Source: an uncultured virus (IMG/VR IMGVR_UViG_3300031269_000004) (Duplodnaviria > Heunggongvirae > Uroviricota > Caudoviricetes). From it: a stretch of DNA of 64,000 nucleotides. The stretch lies in the IMG/VR virus record IMGVR_UViG_3300031269_000004, one strand, 5' to 3'. Within the stretch, counting starts at the first letter, position 1. Each line of letters begins with the position of its first letter. The notes below the pieces were generated by a model, which saw only the letters and a list, made by a program, of their open reading frames with translations, ran no database searches and was not told where the DNA came from. The translations under genes and the position numbers were made by a program. This document shows positions 62,895-64,000 of the stretch, piece after piece.

Positions 62895-63280
62895 GCTGTT
62901 AGGCTTTCAATGGTTCATTAAGACGAGAGTTCGAATCTCTCCGAGTCCACTAAGAATAACATTTTAATATGGGCTCGACTGGCATTGATTAGTGAGTATG
63001 ATTTGATAGTTAGGATATGTGATACTTTAACGGACAACGTTAGACAATTAAACCCTAATCATGTTGCTCTAAGAGCAGCTGCATAAGGTAAGACATCGGA
63101 GGGCATCTTCAAATAGCCCTCCCCCTTTAGGGGGTTAAAAAATAAAAAGACTTGTGTTAGTGAGGGTGTAAGTCCTTTCAAGATATCCACTAACTGGCTT
63201 TAAACCTACTCTTAAAGTGCCACCTATGTTTTAGTAGGCTAAGGAGGCCGAGTCTTTTACACCATTGAAAGTAACACAGT
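62895..63280 (+). ncRNA. ssrA: circularly permuted (two-piece) tmRNA
   Basis: T-arm + CGAGTCC-A (62925-62949) lies upstream of GGGCTCG (62971); G3-U70 pair; tag frame 63033-63086 ending AAA-stop; outer ends approximate. Confidence 0.85.
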
Positions 63281-63408
63281 GAGTACGCTGTTAGATCAAA
63301 TACAGAAAGGGATTCAGTATTTGATAAACCAGAATCCCTGAAAAACCCAAAGCTGGTTGCTTTCTTATTTGCTTATTGTTGGTTGTTATTTGTTGAAAGG
63401 CTAGTCAA

Positions 63409-63427
63409 TCGTTGACTAGCTTTTTTT
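63409..63427 (+). terminator. intrinsic terminator closing the RNA cluster
   Basis: GCTAGTCAA-TCG-TTGACTAGC T7. Confidence 0.88.
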
Positions 63428-63510
63428 CTTGTGCCATGCTGGCCGCTAAGTTGTAAAAACTCATCATTACATGCAATGTATACATATATTACTAAAAGTA
63501 AATTTAGACA

Positions 63511-64000
63511 ATGAACGACAATTCTCTAACAGCACAGCTCGAAAACGTAAACTTATATCACGCTAACATAGTAAAATTAGCAAACGGTTATATGCAAGCG
63601 CTTACTACTCAAGAGTCAGAAATTTCTGTTGCACTCGAAAATAAAGACGGTGGCATAACTAATGTCCTTATACCTTCAAATATTGCCTTGTCTAATAAGT
63701 TACAAAGACTATTACAATCTTTTGATAACTTATCAGGCTTAACTGAAAATCAATCTGCTCTGGTCGCACAGGACGGCAGTTTTAGAGAAATATTCGTAAC
63801 TTCTCATCGAAAATCACTGCCTTCTGTAATGGCAAGTGACATTGATATGGCATCTGATGTTAAACTATCAACAAACACAATTATTGAAAGCCTGCTGTCA
63901 CCCCTAACTGAAGTTGAGCTGACACTATCTGCTGATTACCAAAAGACTAGACAGACTAGAGTTACTAAGCTGTTTGTTACTGACGGTGATATGTCAACAT
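63511..64000 (+). CDS. partial late/structural protein (runs off window)
   Basis: Open frame MNDNSLTAQLENVNLY...; TATACATA upstream at ~63479. Confidence 0.65.
   Translation, partial: MNDNSLTAQLENVNLYHANIVKLANGYMQALTTQESEISVALENKDGGITNVLIPSNIALSNKLQRLLQSFDNLSGLTENQSALVAQDGSFREIFVTSHRKSLPSVMASDIDMASDVKLSTNTIIESLLSPLTEVELTLSADYQKTRQTRVTKLFVTDGDMST

Noticed and set aside
62925..62952. Ordinary tRNA-Ala
   Set aside because: Matching 5' acceptor strand lies downstream and no anticodon arm exists; explained by permuted tmRNA

Overview
AT-rich, densely coding, almost entirely + strand segment of a large T4-like (myovirus-type, probably jumbo) phage. A Bacteroidota host is inferred from A-rich translation starts lacking Shine-Dalgarno motifs and a repeated promoter resembling the Bacteroidota -33/-7 type. 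Protein calls are from motif recognition only; no searches were run. Dispersed T4-type head/neck genes (portal, prohead protease with scaffold-like tail, major capsid, gp2, gp4, gp13, gp14-like, possible small terminase) alternate with DNA-metabolism genes (primase-helicase-like fusion, clamp loader, 5'-3' and 3'-5' exonucleases, ThyX, dNMP kinase), auxiliary genes (Glf, glycosyltransferase-like, GH73, CapA-like) and islands of small genes behind a 9-copy promoter repeat. Main observations: (1) a circularly permuted two-piece tmRNA gene with tag DNVRQLNPNHVALRAAA, flanked by other structured RNAs; (2) 17 copies of a 10-residue MKSLxxHI(T/N)E leader resembling the T4 capsid-targeting sequence on unrelated proteins, including an Ntn-hydrolase whose catalytic Cys directly follows a predicted head-protease site; (3) attC-like gene-cassette boundaries (GTT...AAC ends joined by hairpin linkers), some falling inside ORFs; (4) a covarying two-hairpin 5' leader after three early promoters.
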